Source: a virus
DNA length: 64,000 nucleotides
Virus genome (UHGV): UHGV-0371537
Strand: one strand, 5' to 3'
Made by a program: the position numbers and the translations under genes. Shown piece by piece: positions 17,953 through 25,681 of this stretch. Position 1 is the stretch's first letter. The number at the start of each line of letters is the position of its first letter. The notes beneath the pieces were generated by a model, which made no database searches, was not told where the DNA came from, and worked only from the letters and a program-made list of their open reading frames with translations.

Positions 17953-18825
17953 ATGACAACTACATTTTCTAAGAACGTGAATCTGAATCTGGCTTTCGGT
18001 AATGCAAAGGGTGATGTGACGTCGCCCAATTTTGACAAGATCCGCAATCAGGCGAAACTGGTGCTGGAAGAAACCCGTGAACTGCTGGAAGCGGCGTATT
18101 TCGACCACGAGGTGAAAATTGAGTTCACTGCATCTCCGCGAGTCCTGAAAGAACCTGCTGTTGCCGACATCAAAGGCATTATGCGCCAGATTCTGGACGC
18201 TCAGGGCGACATCACAACAGTCAATGACGGCGTGGCTCACATTGCTGGTTTCGACGGCGATGAGTGCCTACAGCGCGTTTATGCTTCCAACATGAGCAAG
18301 TTCGTCCGCAATGCAGCTGAAGTTGTTCCGGCGCTGGAGTATTACTACAACAAAGGCTTCCCGCGTGAAAGCCTGCGCATCGAAGGTGAATTTCCACAGG
18401 CGTGCATCAAAGTGGTGGATACCATCACAATCGACGGCAAAGAGTATCCAGCAGGTAAGTTCCTGAAGAACATGGCGACATTCAAAGAGCCTGACTTCTC
18501 TGATATGCTGACTGCTGAGCCTAAGCGCCAGATCACAGAAATCATCTTGACGGGCACAGCCACTCCAGGCCAGCTTGGCTCAAATGAACATGCTGGTGTC
18601 GCTTTCGCTCCATTCGACTTCGTGGACGAGATCGTAGAATATTCCAAGATGGGCTTCCAGGCGTATTCAGGCGAAGCGATTGAGAGCTACATTCCTGTGT
18701 TTGTTTTTAATGAAGACAACTTCCCAACCCTGCCGATGATCTGGGGTGAATGGAAAGCCAACGTGCGCATTTACGTGGCTAGCCCAGTGCAGTCTTCAAT
18801 CACCCAGCTGACCCGTATCGATTAA
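17953..18825 (+). CDS. hypothetical protein; N-terminus weakly MazG/all-alpha NTP-pyrophosphatase-like (EExxELLEA)
   Basis: 290 aa; LVLEETRELLEA motif only; occupies the slot where T4 carries gene 43. Confidence 0.45.
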   Translation: MTTTFSKNVNLNLAFGNAKGDVTSPNFDKIRNQAKLVLEETRELLEAAYFDHEVKIEFTASPRVLKEPAVADIKGIMRQILDAQGDITTVNDGVAHIAGFDGDECLQRVYASNMSKFVRNAAEVVPALEYYYNKGFPRESLRIEGEFPQACIKVVDTITIDGKEYPAGKFLKNMATFKEPDFSDMLTAEPKRQITEIILTGTATPGQLGSNEHAGVAFAPFDFVDEIVEYSKMGFQAYSGEAIESYIPVFVFNEDNFPTLPMIWGEWKANVRIYVASPVQSSITQLTRID

Positions 18826-18849
18826 GATATCCGGTTATTCACTAAACAA

Positions 18850-18876
18850 CAGAGGCTATAATGGCCTCTGTTTTCG
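18850..18876 (+). terminator. rho-independent terminator after gene 17953
   Basis: CAGAGGC-TATAATG-GCCTCTG then TTTTCG. Confidence 0.65.
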
Positions 18877-18893
18877 TATTCTAAGAGGATACC

Positions 18894-20093
18894 ATGAAAG
18901 ATAAAGCCCTGGACGTCCCGTACTGCGGTGTCCGCGAAGAAAAGATAAAGTCGGCCAAACCGGTTCTCAGTCCGACCCATACCCGCCTGTCTTATGACTG
19001 GATGAGCGAGCGCTATAAGATCCACGTTCGAAAGGACGTCCAGCGTCTTCCTGCTCCTTGGACGAATAATCCTATACTACGGCAGGTCAAGTTCTGTAAC
19101 GTCCGGAGAGAGCACGACAGGCAGTCTCTTAACCTGATCAACAACATCGTCAACAACGATGCTCTGGGTATGGCAGACAAGATGTTTAACTGCGTGCTGT
19201 TCCGCATGTTCAACCTCTGGGATCCGATCCAGGCTATCGGCGGCGCGATGACGATCAAAGAATTCGCCAAGATTAATCTTGACGCAACCCGTGAACGACT
19301 TCAGAAGTTCGAGGCTGACGGTGGTAAGGTATTCACCAATGCCTTCAACACAGGCGGCCTGAAGCAATGCCTGGCTTTCCCTGAGATGGTTGTCAACCAC
19401 AAGGAGCAGCTCTTCGGTGGGATGATGGTGAAAGTGTATCGCGTTGGCCAGGGTATTGTGGACGAGATGGACTACAAGGTCGCCAAGAAGCTGGTCGAAG
19501 AGAATCCTGGTGAATATACCATCGAGGGATGGGAACCGTACATGCCAATGCGTGTCATCCGTTCCCTGAAGGCATTCGTCAACAAGTATCCAAATTACTT
19601 CCATGACCTGCTGCGCCTTGGTACTCCTCTGGAAGTATACCAGCGCATGTACGACGACATCGAAGGGCTTGGTCCATTCCTGGCTTATCAGATCTGGGTG
19701 GACTTCACGTACATTCCTGAGTATCCGTTTAGTGAGAACCACTTCACGGTTGCTGGACCAGGCTGTCGTGCAGGCATCGACCTGATGTTCCTGAACAAAG
19801 ACGGTATGACCCACGAAGAATGCATCTTCTGGTTACGGGACAACCAGGACGCAGTGTATTCCCAATATGGATATGTTCGTGAGCAATTCTGGTCTGCGGA
19901 AGAGCCTTGGGATCAGTGTATGAATGTTCAACAATTAGAAAACCACTTTTGTGAATTGTCGAAATATACCCGTTGTGTAGAGGCTTTACAGCAAGGTAAA
20001 AAACCGCGCGGGAAGGTTGGATACGATGGGGAAGGACAACCTAAAGCGGCGACATCTGGTTCTAAAAACCTACTAAATTTATTTAAAAAGTAA
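18894..20093 (+). CDS. hypothetical protein (conserved-looking, function unknown)
   Basis: 399 aa, AAGAGGA RBS, preceded by terminator hairpin; no motif I can assign. Confidence 0.5.
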   Translation: MKDKALDVPYCGVREEKIKSAKPVLSPTHTRLSYDWMSERYKIHVRKDVQRLPAPWTNNPILRQVKFCNVRREHDRQSLNLINNIVNNDALGMADKMFNCVLFRMFNLWDPIQAIGGAMTIKEFAKINLDATRERLQKFEADGGKVFTNAFNTGGLKQCLAFPEMVVNHKEQLFGGMMVKVYRVGQGIVDEMDYKVAKKLVEENPGEYTIEGWEPYMPMRVIRSLKAFVNKYPNYFHDLLRLGTPLEVYQRMYDDIEGLGPFLAYQIWVDFTYIPEYPFSENHFTVAGPGCRAGIDLMFLNKDGMTHEECIFWLRDNQDAVYSQYGYVREQFWSAEEPWDQCMNVQQLENHFCELSKYTRCVEALQQGKKPRGKVGYDGEGQPKAATSGSKNLLNLFKK

Positions 20094-20123
20094 CTTACTT
20101 TGTGAGTTAAGAAAGTATATTAT

Positions 20124-20152
20124 AACAGGAACTTTCATTTGGAGTTCCTGTT
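20124..20152 (+). promoter_or_regulatory. RBS-sequestering hairpin ahead of the HNH homing endonuclease
   Basis: Perfect 10-bp inverted repeat AACAGGAACT / AGTTCCTGTT (loop 9 nt) encloses the GGAG Shine-Dalgarno and ends at ATG 20153. Confidence 0.5.
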
Positions 20153-21082
20153 ATGTTTTACGAATTATTGATTTCTAAAGGCGGTAAACCGCATTTTATC
20201 AAGAAGTATTTGAGGATGGTTCAATCTTTCAAATATTCTGATAGTGACTACACTGAATTACACCACATCCTTCCCAAGAGCATGTTCCCTGAATATTCTA
20301 AAGATAAGATAAATTTGGTTCGATTAACAGGCAGACAACATTATCTTGTCCATGTATGCTTGGCCTTGGCTTTCCCAAACACGAGAATGGTGTATGCTGT
20401 TGTAGCTATGAGAAAGGGAGGAAGAAGAAATAAATCAGGTATTCGGTTTAATTCTCATTTGTATGAAAGTTTCAGAATTAAATTCAGCGAACAACTATCT
20501 TTACAATGGAAAGGGGTTTCTCGGTTTGTGGGTAAAGACAACCCAATGTATGGGAGAAGAGGAAAGAATAATCCCCAATATGGGTATAAGAGAACTCCAG
20601 AGCAAGTCAAGAAAATTACCAAAGGATTGATGAAAATCCATGAAAGGATGGCTTCTGATCCGGAATATAAAAGAGAAGTTTTAGAGCAGCGTCGTACCAA
20701 TACGGATTTAAAGCAATTTTCTGAGCGTTCCCGCCAAGCAAAACTCGGTGAACTCAATCCTAATTATGGGAAGGACTTAACCAACTCTTTCACACCGGAA
20801 CAACGCGCCAAACAGAAAGAAAACGCTCAGAAAGGCATGTTGGCTAAGATGCCTTGGGAGAAGGGTAAATGGAACCCCGACAATGACGTATATTGGGAGA
20901 AAGCTGATCAATTCCTTGAAGCCCTGAATACGATGAAACGTTCAGAAGCCCTCTTGTTCGTGTATGGAACAAAAGATCTGAAGGCGTTTAATGCCACCAG
21001 TGGGATAATCGAACGTTTCAATAAAGGCTGGGAACCATTAAAATGCGTAAAATGGTTAAAAAGATATAAGGGTGAAAAATGA
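20153..21082 (+). CDS. HNH family homing endonuclease with NUMOD repeats (mob-like)
   Basis: ELHHILPKS...NLVRLTGRQHY (HNH), GKDNPMYGRRGKNNPQYG and NPNYGK NUMOD-like repeats; RBS inside a 10-bp hairpin. Confidence 0.75.
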   Translation: MFYELLISKGGKPHFIKKYLRMVQSFKYSDSDYTELHHILPKSMFPEYSKDKINLVRLTGRQHYLVHVCLALAFPNTRMVYAVVAMRKGGRRNKSGIRFNSHLYESFRIKFSEQLSLQWKGVSRFVGKDNPMYGRRGKNNPQYGYKRTPEQVKKITKGLMKIHERMASDPEYKREVLEQRRTNTDLKQFSERSRQAKLGELNPNYGKDLTNSFTPEQRAKQKENAQKGMLAKMPWEKGKWNPDNDVYWEKADQFLEALNTMKRSEALLFVYGTKDLKAFNATSGIIERFNKGWEPLKCVKWLKRYKGEK

Positions 21083-21303
21083 GCTGGAAATTGTTCAAAC
21101 TGTGTAAAGCGACTGATGAGTTTCTTCTGAAAGCCCGTATGGAAGGACGTCTCGTGTACACTCCTTACCCAGGCACTATTCGGTTTTGTAGTACGTTGAG
21201 GAAACAGAAATCAGTTTCTGGGCCAAGACGTTTGTTGATGCAGGGGATGCTGGCATACAACTCCGGTGATACTCGGCCTTGTGACGGTGGTAAGATCGTC
21301 TGA
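21079..21303 (+). CDS. hypothetical small protein, 4-nt overlap with the HNH gene
   Basis: 74-aa ORF starting in ATGA overlap with the homing endonuclease stop; may travel with the endonuclease. Confidence 0.35.
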   Translation: MSWKLFKLCKATDEFLLKARMEGRLVYTPYPGTIRFCSTLRKQKSVSGPRRLLMQGMLAYNSGDTRPCDGGKIV

Positions 21304-21422
21304 ATAAAGATTCCCTTTACTTCATTCTTCAATAACTTTTTTCAACGTATTATTGACCTCACTTAAACGAAGCGCCCTGGCAAACGGGGCGCACATTTGA
21401 ACTGAAACAGGAAGACTACATC

Positions 21423-23441
21423 ATGTCAGAATTTAAGCCCTTCGCAGTAGCTGTTAACAACAACGTGCTGGCCATGTCAGCAACTGGTCTGTTCATGACC
21501 AACATCGATAAAGATGCTCTGTGGGATCTGTATCTGTCTTCTTTCCCTGCTGGCACCAACCCGCTCTACCGTGAGCGTACCGAGCACGACTGCACCTGCT
21601 GCAAACAATTCATCCGTAATATCGGTGGTGTGGTTACCATCGACACTGACCTGAACGTGATCTCTATCTGGGATAACATTCAGCTGGGCAACGAATACGA
21701 CGTTGTCGCTGCGGCGCTGTCTGCGTATGTCAAGCAACACGCAATCGTCGACGTGTACTTCAACGATACCAAGAAAGTCGGTGTTGAGTCGAATCACGAA
21801 ATGAAAGACGGTAATGTCCGCACCTACAACCACTTCCACACCGACCTGCTGCCCAGCTATGTTCTGCGGGCTGATGCCATCGCTTCTAAGAAGGGTGAAA
21901 TCCGTCAGGCGATTGAAGTGTTTGAGCGCGGCCTGCGTGAACTGTCTCTGGAATCGGCTGAAATCGTTCTGGAATTGATCGACCAGAATTCTCTGTATCG
22001 CGGTGAAGAGCACAAGGCGGCAGTGCAGGCGTTCGTGGTGAACAAGACCCTGTACGAACAGACTGCAGAAGAGAAACGCGCTCTGTGGGCTTGGCGCACT
22101 GGCTATCATGCGAACGGTCATACCCCTCACGGCATTCGTAATACCGTGATTGGCTCTCTGTTGGTAGACCTCAACGAAGGCCGCGACCTGGAAACCGCCG
22201 TCAAGTCTTTCGAAGCCAAAGTAGCTCCGACGAACTACAAGCGCCCAACCGCGCTGGTAACTAAGTCGATGATCGAAAATGCGCAGAAAGAAGTTGAAGC
22301 GCTGGGTCTGACCGATTCACTGGGTCGCCGTTATGCCGTGTATGACGATCTGACCATCAACAACGTTCTGTTTGCCGACCTGGCAGCACAGAAGAAGATG
22401 GACCCGTTTGCTCAGCTGGCGTCTGAAGTGAAGACTCCGACCAAGTCCCTGGACAAGGTTGAAGAGATCACCATCGACGACTTCCTGGCGAACGTGCTGC
22501 CGAAAGCGCACTCAATGGAAGTGCTGGTTGAGAACTCTCACACTGGCAACCTGATGTCCCTGATCGCTCCGGCTACGGCAGGTGCTCCTAACCTGTTCAA
22601 GTGGAACAACGGCTTCAGCTGGTCATACAACGGTGAAGTGGCCGACTCCATCAAAGAGCGCGTGAAGACAGCAGGTGGCAACGTTGACGGTTTCCTCCGT
22701 GTGTCGCTGGCGTGGCATAACAACGACGACCTGGATCTGAGCCTGAACGATCCTTTACACAATCATGTGTATTACCACAACCGTCGCTCAGCAACTGGCG
22801 CAACCCTGGATATCGACATGAACGGTATGGACGGCATTGACCCGAATCGCCGCCCGGTGGAGAACATCTTCTTCAGCGATGAGCGCAAGCTGCGTAATGG
22901 TCTGTACGAGTTCTATGTCACTAACTTCAGCCAGCGTGAAACCTGTGATATGGGCTTCGAAATCGAAGTCGAATACAAAGGCCAGACCAAGCGTTTTTCG
23001 CATCCTGGCCTGAAGCACAAAGATCGCACTCTGGCTGTTGTGATTGATGTCCGCGCCGGACAGGTGGTAGACATCCGCTCTACTCTGAAAGACGATGCTC
23101 GTTCTCAGGAAATCTGGGGCATCAAGACCTCGGTCTTCCAGAAGGTACAGCTGGTTCTGAACTCACCAAACCATTGGGACGGCGAGCAGACGGGCAACAA
23201 GCACGTGTTCTTCATCCTGGAAGGTTGTGCTAACCCTGTCGGCACTCGTGGCTTCTATAACGAATATCTGAAGCCGGAACTGGATAAACACCGTAAGGTT
23301 TTTGAAATGTTAGGTAGTAAGATGAAAGTACAGCCAAGCACTGAGCAGCTGTCCGGTCTGGGCTTCTCTACCACCCAACGCAACCACGTGTTCGTGAAGG
23401 TGAGCGGCTCGTTCAACCGCACTGTAAAAGTTGTGTTCTAA
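21423..23441 (+). CDS. large hypothetical protein (672 aa), unassigned
   Basis: AGGA RBS; no Walker, vWA or nucleotidyltransferase motif seen; first gene of a + strand block running to the NAD cassette. Confidence 0.6.
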   Translation: MSEFKPFAVAVNNNVLAMSATGLFMTNIDKDALWDLYLSSFPAGTNPLYRERTEHDCTCCKQFIRNIGGVVTIDTDLNVISIWDNIQLGNEYDVVAAALSAYVKQHAIVDVYFNDTKKVGVESNHEMKDGNVRTYNHFHTDLLPSYVLRADAIASKKGEIRQAIEVFERGLRELSLESAEIVLELIDQNSLYRGEEHKAAVQAFVVNKTLYEQTAEEKRALWAWRTGYHANGHTPHGIRNTVIGSLLVDLNEGRDLETAVKSFEAKVAPTNYKRPTALVTKSMIENAQKEVEALGLTDSLGRRYAVYDDLTINNVLFADLAAQKKMDPFAQLASEVKTPTKSLDKVEEITIDDFLANVLPKAHSMEVLVENSHTGNLMSLIAPATAGAPNLFKWNNGFSWSYNGEVADSIKERVKTAGGNVDGFLRVSLAWHNNDDLDLSLNDPLHNHVYYHNRRSATGATLDIDMNGMDGIDPNRRPVENIFFSDERKLRNGLYEFYVTNFSQRETCDMGFEIEVEYKGQTKRFSHPGLKHKDRTLAVVIDVRAGQVVDIRSTLKDDARSQEIWGIKTSVFQKVQLVLNSPNHWDGEQTGNKHVFFILEGCANPVGTRGFYNEYLKPELDKHRKVFEMLGSKMKVQPSTEQLSGLGFSTTQRNHVFVKVSGSFNRTVKVVF

Positions 23442-23484
23442 ACCCTTTTGAAACTGTAACCCATTTATCATTGAGGAAAGTAAA

Positions 23485-23856
23485 ATGTTCGATAAAGCAA
23501 CCCGTCTGAAACTGCGCTTCGAGTCCAACAAAGGTCTGCTGTCTGTTGAGCAGGTTTGGGACCTGAGCCTGACCGCCCTGAACGAAATGGCCAAAGGTCT
23601 GAGCCGTCAGGTGAAGGCAGCGGAAACCGATGAAGAAGATTTCATCGGCACCAAAAGCGCCGTTGACTCCGAACTGCAGCTGCGCTTCGACGTTGTCAAG
23701 CACATTATCGGCGTTAAGCTGAAAGAGCGTGACGACAGCAAAGACGCGGCACAGCGTAAGGCGGACAACCAGGTTATTATGGAGCTGATCCAGCGTAAGA
23801 AACAGCAGGAGCTGGAAGGCAAATCTGTTGAAGAACTGGAAGCGCTGCTGAAATAA
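23485..23856 (+). CDS. hypothetical protein, charged/helical
   Basis: 123 aa, GAGGAAAG RBS, followed by a strong rho-independent terminator. Confidence 0.5.
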   Translation: MFDKATRLKLRFESNKGLLSVEQVWDLSLTALNEMAKGLSRQVKAAETDEEDFIGTKSAVDSELQLRFDVVKHIIGVKLKERDDSKDAAQRKADNQVIMELIQRKKQQELEGKSVEELEALLK

Positions 23857-23878
23857 CCCTGTTGGCTCCGGCCTGAGC

Positions 23879-23907
23879 AACCCCGCCTTGTGCGGGGTTT
23901 CTTTTAT
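23879..23907 (+). terminator. rho-independent terminator after gene 23485
   Basis: AACCCCGC-CTTGT-GCGGGGTT then TCTTTTAT. Confidence 0.7.
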
Positions 23908-23921
23908 CTGAGGAAACCGTT

Positions 23922-24716
23922 ATGACAACCATCAATCGTAATGAACCCAAAGGTGTTGAGCTGAAGGGTAAATCTGTTCGCGAAGGTCTGAAGCTGTCTC
24001 CAGACCTCCTGAAGTCCCACATTGCTGAAGTCATCTATGAAGACCGTGAAGTCGGCGGTCATCGTGTCATCACCTGCCACTTCAAGATGGATAATGGATT
24101 TATCGTCTGGGGCAAGAATAGCTCTACTTCCATCGACCCTGCCAACTTTGATGAAGAGTTGGGTAAGAAGCTGGCCTATGACAAGACCTTCTCTCAGTTG
24201 TGGGAACTGGAAGCCTACCGCGCCGTTGTGGAGAAGCAGATGTTGGAGGTGGCTACCGCCGATGCGAAGATAGACATCTTCCAGTACATCTCCGAAAGGG
24301 GGAAGATAAATCAGATGGCTGGTATGGAATTCTTGCAAGGCCACGGTCAGTCTTTCGTGTTCCGACATCCACGAGACCCAAGCCGGGGTTTCTGTGCTGA
24401 ATTTATTCAGACTGACAACGAACGCCACAACGAACAATTCAATGGTAAATCCCGAGAGAAGGTTGAAACCTATCTGCGTTCGTTCATGCACCCGGATGAA
24501 TTGTATTCTGAACTCGTTGTCCGTCTGGCAAAGACATGCATGGCGGCTTACAAGGGTGGGATCTACTTCAATGCCACCACTTGGGATAAGATGAGCGCCG
24601 AAGAACAGAAAGACTGCTGTGAAGGCATCAGGCGGCTCTTGCTGGCTCCGGCGGATTATATCCCAACTGATCAGAAGGACGCGCTGTTCAAGGCCATCGT
24701 CGATTCCTACAAATAA
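23922..24716 (+). CDS. hypothetical protein
   Basis: 264 aa, GAGGAAA RBS; antisense 274-aa ORF rejected; no motif assigned. Confidence 0.55.
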   Translation: MTTINRNEPKGVELKGKSVREGLKLSPDLLKSHIAEVIYEDREVGGHRVITCHFKMDNGFIVWGKNSSTSIDPANFDEELGKKLAYDKTFSQLWELEAYRAVVEKQMLEVATADAKIDIFQYISERGKINQMAGMEFLQGHGQSFVFRHPRDPSRGFCAEFIQTDNERHNEQFNGKSREKVETYLRSFMHPDELYSELVVRLAKTCMAAYKGGIYFNATTWDKMSAEEQKDCCEGIRRLLLAPADYIPTDQKDALFKAIVDSYK

Positions 24717-24746
24717 CTGAATCAGCAAACTCCTTCAATAACAATG

Positions 24747-24778
24747 ACGCCCAGTATATTTGCTGGGCGTTTCAATTT
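24747..24778 (+). terminator. terminator-like hairpin after gene 23922
   Basis: ACGCCCAG-TATATTTG-CTGGGCGT then TTCAATTTG. Confidence 0.5.
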
Positions 24779-24789
24779 GTGCATCACAG

Positions 24790-24795
24790 TATAAT
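24790..24795 (+). promoter_or_regulatory. -10-like TATAAT box ahead of the Prs-like/NAMPT-like gene pair
   Basis: TATAAT at 24790-24795 after hairpin 24747-24770; no convincing -35. Confidence 0.3.
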
Positions 24796-24826
24796 ACGAC
24801 TGTACAATACACCATGAGGCTACATT

Positions 24827-25681
24827 ATGTTTCGTTTGAAATTGAACGACCAAGATGTGTTCTATAAGCACTTCACCTTCCCAGGTGGTGAGGAACATAT
24901 CAAGATCCAAAAGGCTGGAATCCCTATCGGCCACGTCCAGAACGTGGTGATTGATGCTCACATCAAATCCTCTGCTGACTTCGTTGAGCTGGCACTGCTG
25001 GTTAACGCTGTTCGTGGCCTGGGTAACGTGGACCGTCTGACGGCATTCCATGCATATATCCCGTACTTCCCATATGCGCGTCAGGATCGTCATTGTGACT
25101 TTGGTGAGCCTCTGTCCGTGAAGTGGGCGGCTGAGTTCATCAACAGCATGAACTTTGACCGCGTGGCGATCAAAGACCCTCATAGCCATGTCGTGTCTTC
25201 TCTGATCAACAACGTCCATGTGGTCCCGCAAGATTACATCGTGCGTCAATATCTGGGCTGGTTCATTCGCGGCAACAATGCTGTGCTGGTAGCCCCTGAC
25301 GGCGGCGCGGCGAAGAAGACCGAAGCCCTCAGCCTGTCATTGGACGGCGTTCCTGTTGTCTACGGACACAAGAACCGTGACACCAAGACTGGTGAGATCA
25401 TTGGGGTGAGTATTACAAACCCTGAACTGATCAAAGACCGCTATCTGGTTGTGGTTGATGATATCTGCGACGGTGGGCGCACGTTTGTTGAGCTGGGCAA
25501 AGAGCTTCAGAAGCACGAGCCTAAGCACATGACGCTCTTCGTCACCCATGGCATCTTCAGCAAAGGTCTCTCTGTTTTCGACGGGATCTATGATGCTGTG
25601 TATGCCGACACTGTCTGGTGGGAGAACATCACCGCCGACGGTCTTCCTTTCAAAACTGAAAATACAGGACGTGTAAAATGA
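24827..25681 (+). CDS. ribose-phosphate pyrophosphokinase (Prs) homolog; candidate ADP-ribose pyrophosphate synthetase (Adps) of an NAD+ reconstitution pathway
   Basis: IPYFPYARQDR and VVVDDICDGGRTF match Prs motifs (E. coli IPYFGYARQDRR, VLVDDMIDTGGTL); 4-nt overlap with downstream NAMPT-like gene. Confidence 0.8.
   Translation: MFRLKLNDQDVFYKHFTFPGGEEHIKIQKAGIPIGHVQNVVIDAHIKSSADFVELALLVNAVRGLGNVDRLTAFHAYIPYFPYARQDRHCDFGEPLSVKWAAEFINSMNFDRVAIKDPHSHVVSSLINNVHVVPQDYIVRQYLGWFIRGNNAVLVAPDGGAAKKTEALSLSLDGVPVVYGHKNRDTKTGEIIGVSITNPELIKDRYLVVVDDICDGGRTFVELGKELQKHEPKHMTLFVTHGIFSKGLSVFDGIYDAVYADTVWWENITADGLPFKTENTGRVK

Noticed and set aside
21316-21353. Sixth TTTACT early promoter before gene 21423
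   Set aside because: The spacing from TTTACT to the nearest TATTAT is 26 nt, outside the 16-18 nt window; it may still be a promoter with another -35.
21423-23441. Ligase or capping-enzyme assignment based on a KDGNVR stretch
   Set aside because: The nucleotidyltransferase motif I is KxDGxR; here K and DG are contiguous and no other ligase motifs are present.
23904-24728. 274-aa minus-strand ORF overlapping + strand gene 23922-24716
   Set aside because: The + strand ORF has a GAGGA RBS and matches the neighbouring gene orientation; the antisense frame has no start context and is histidine/cysteine-skewed.
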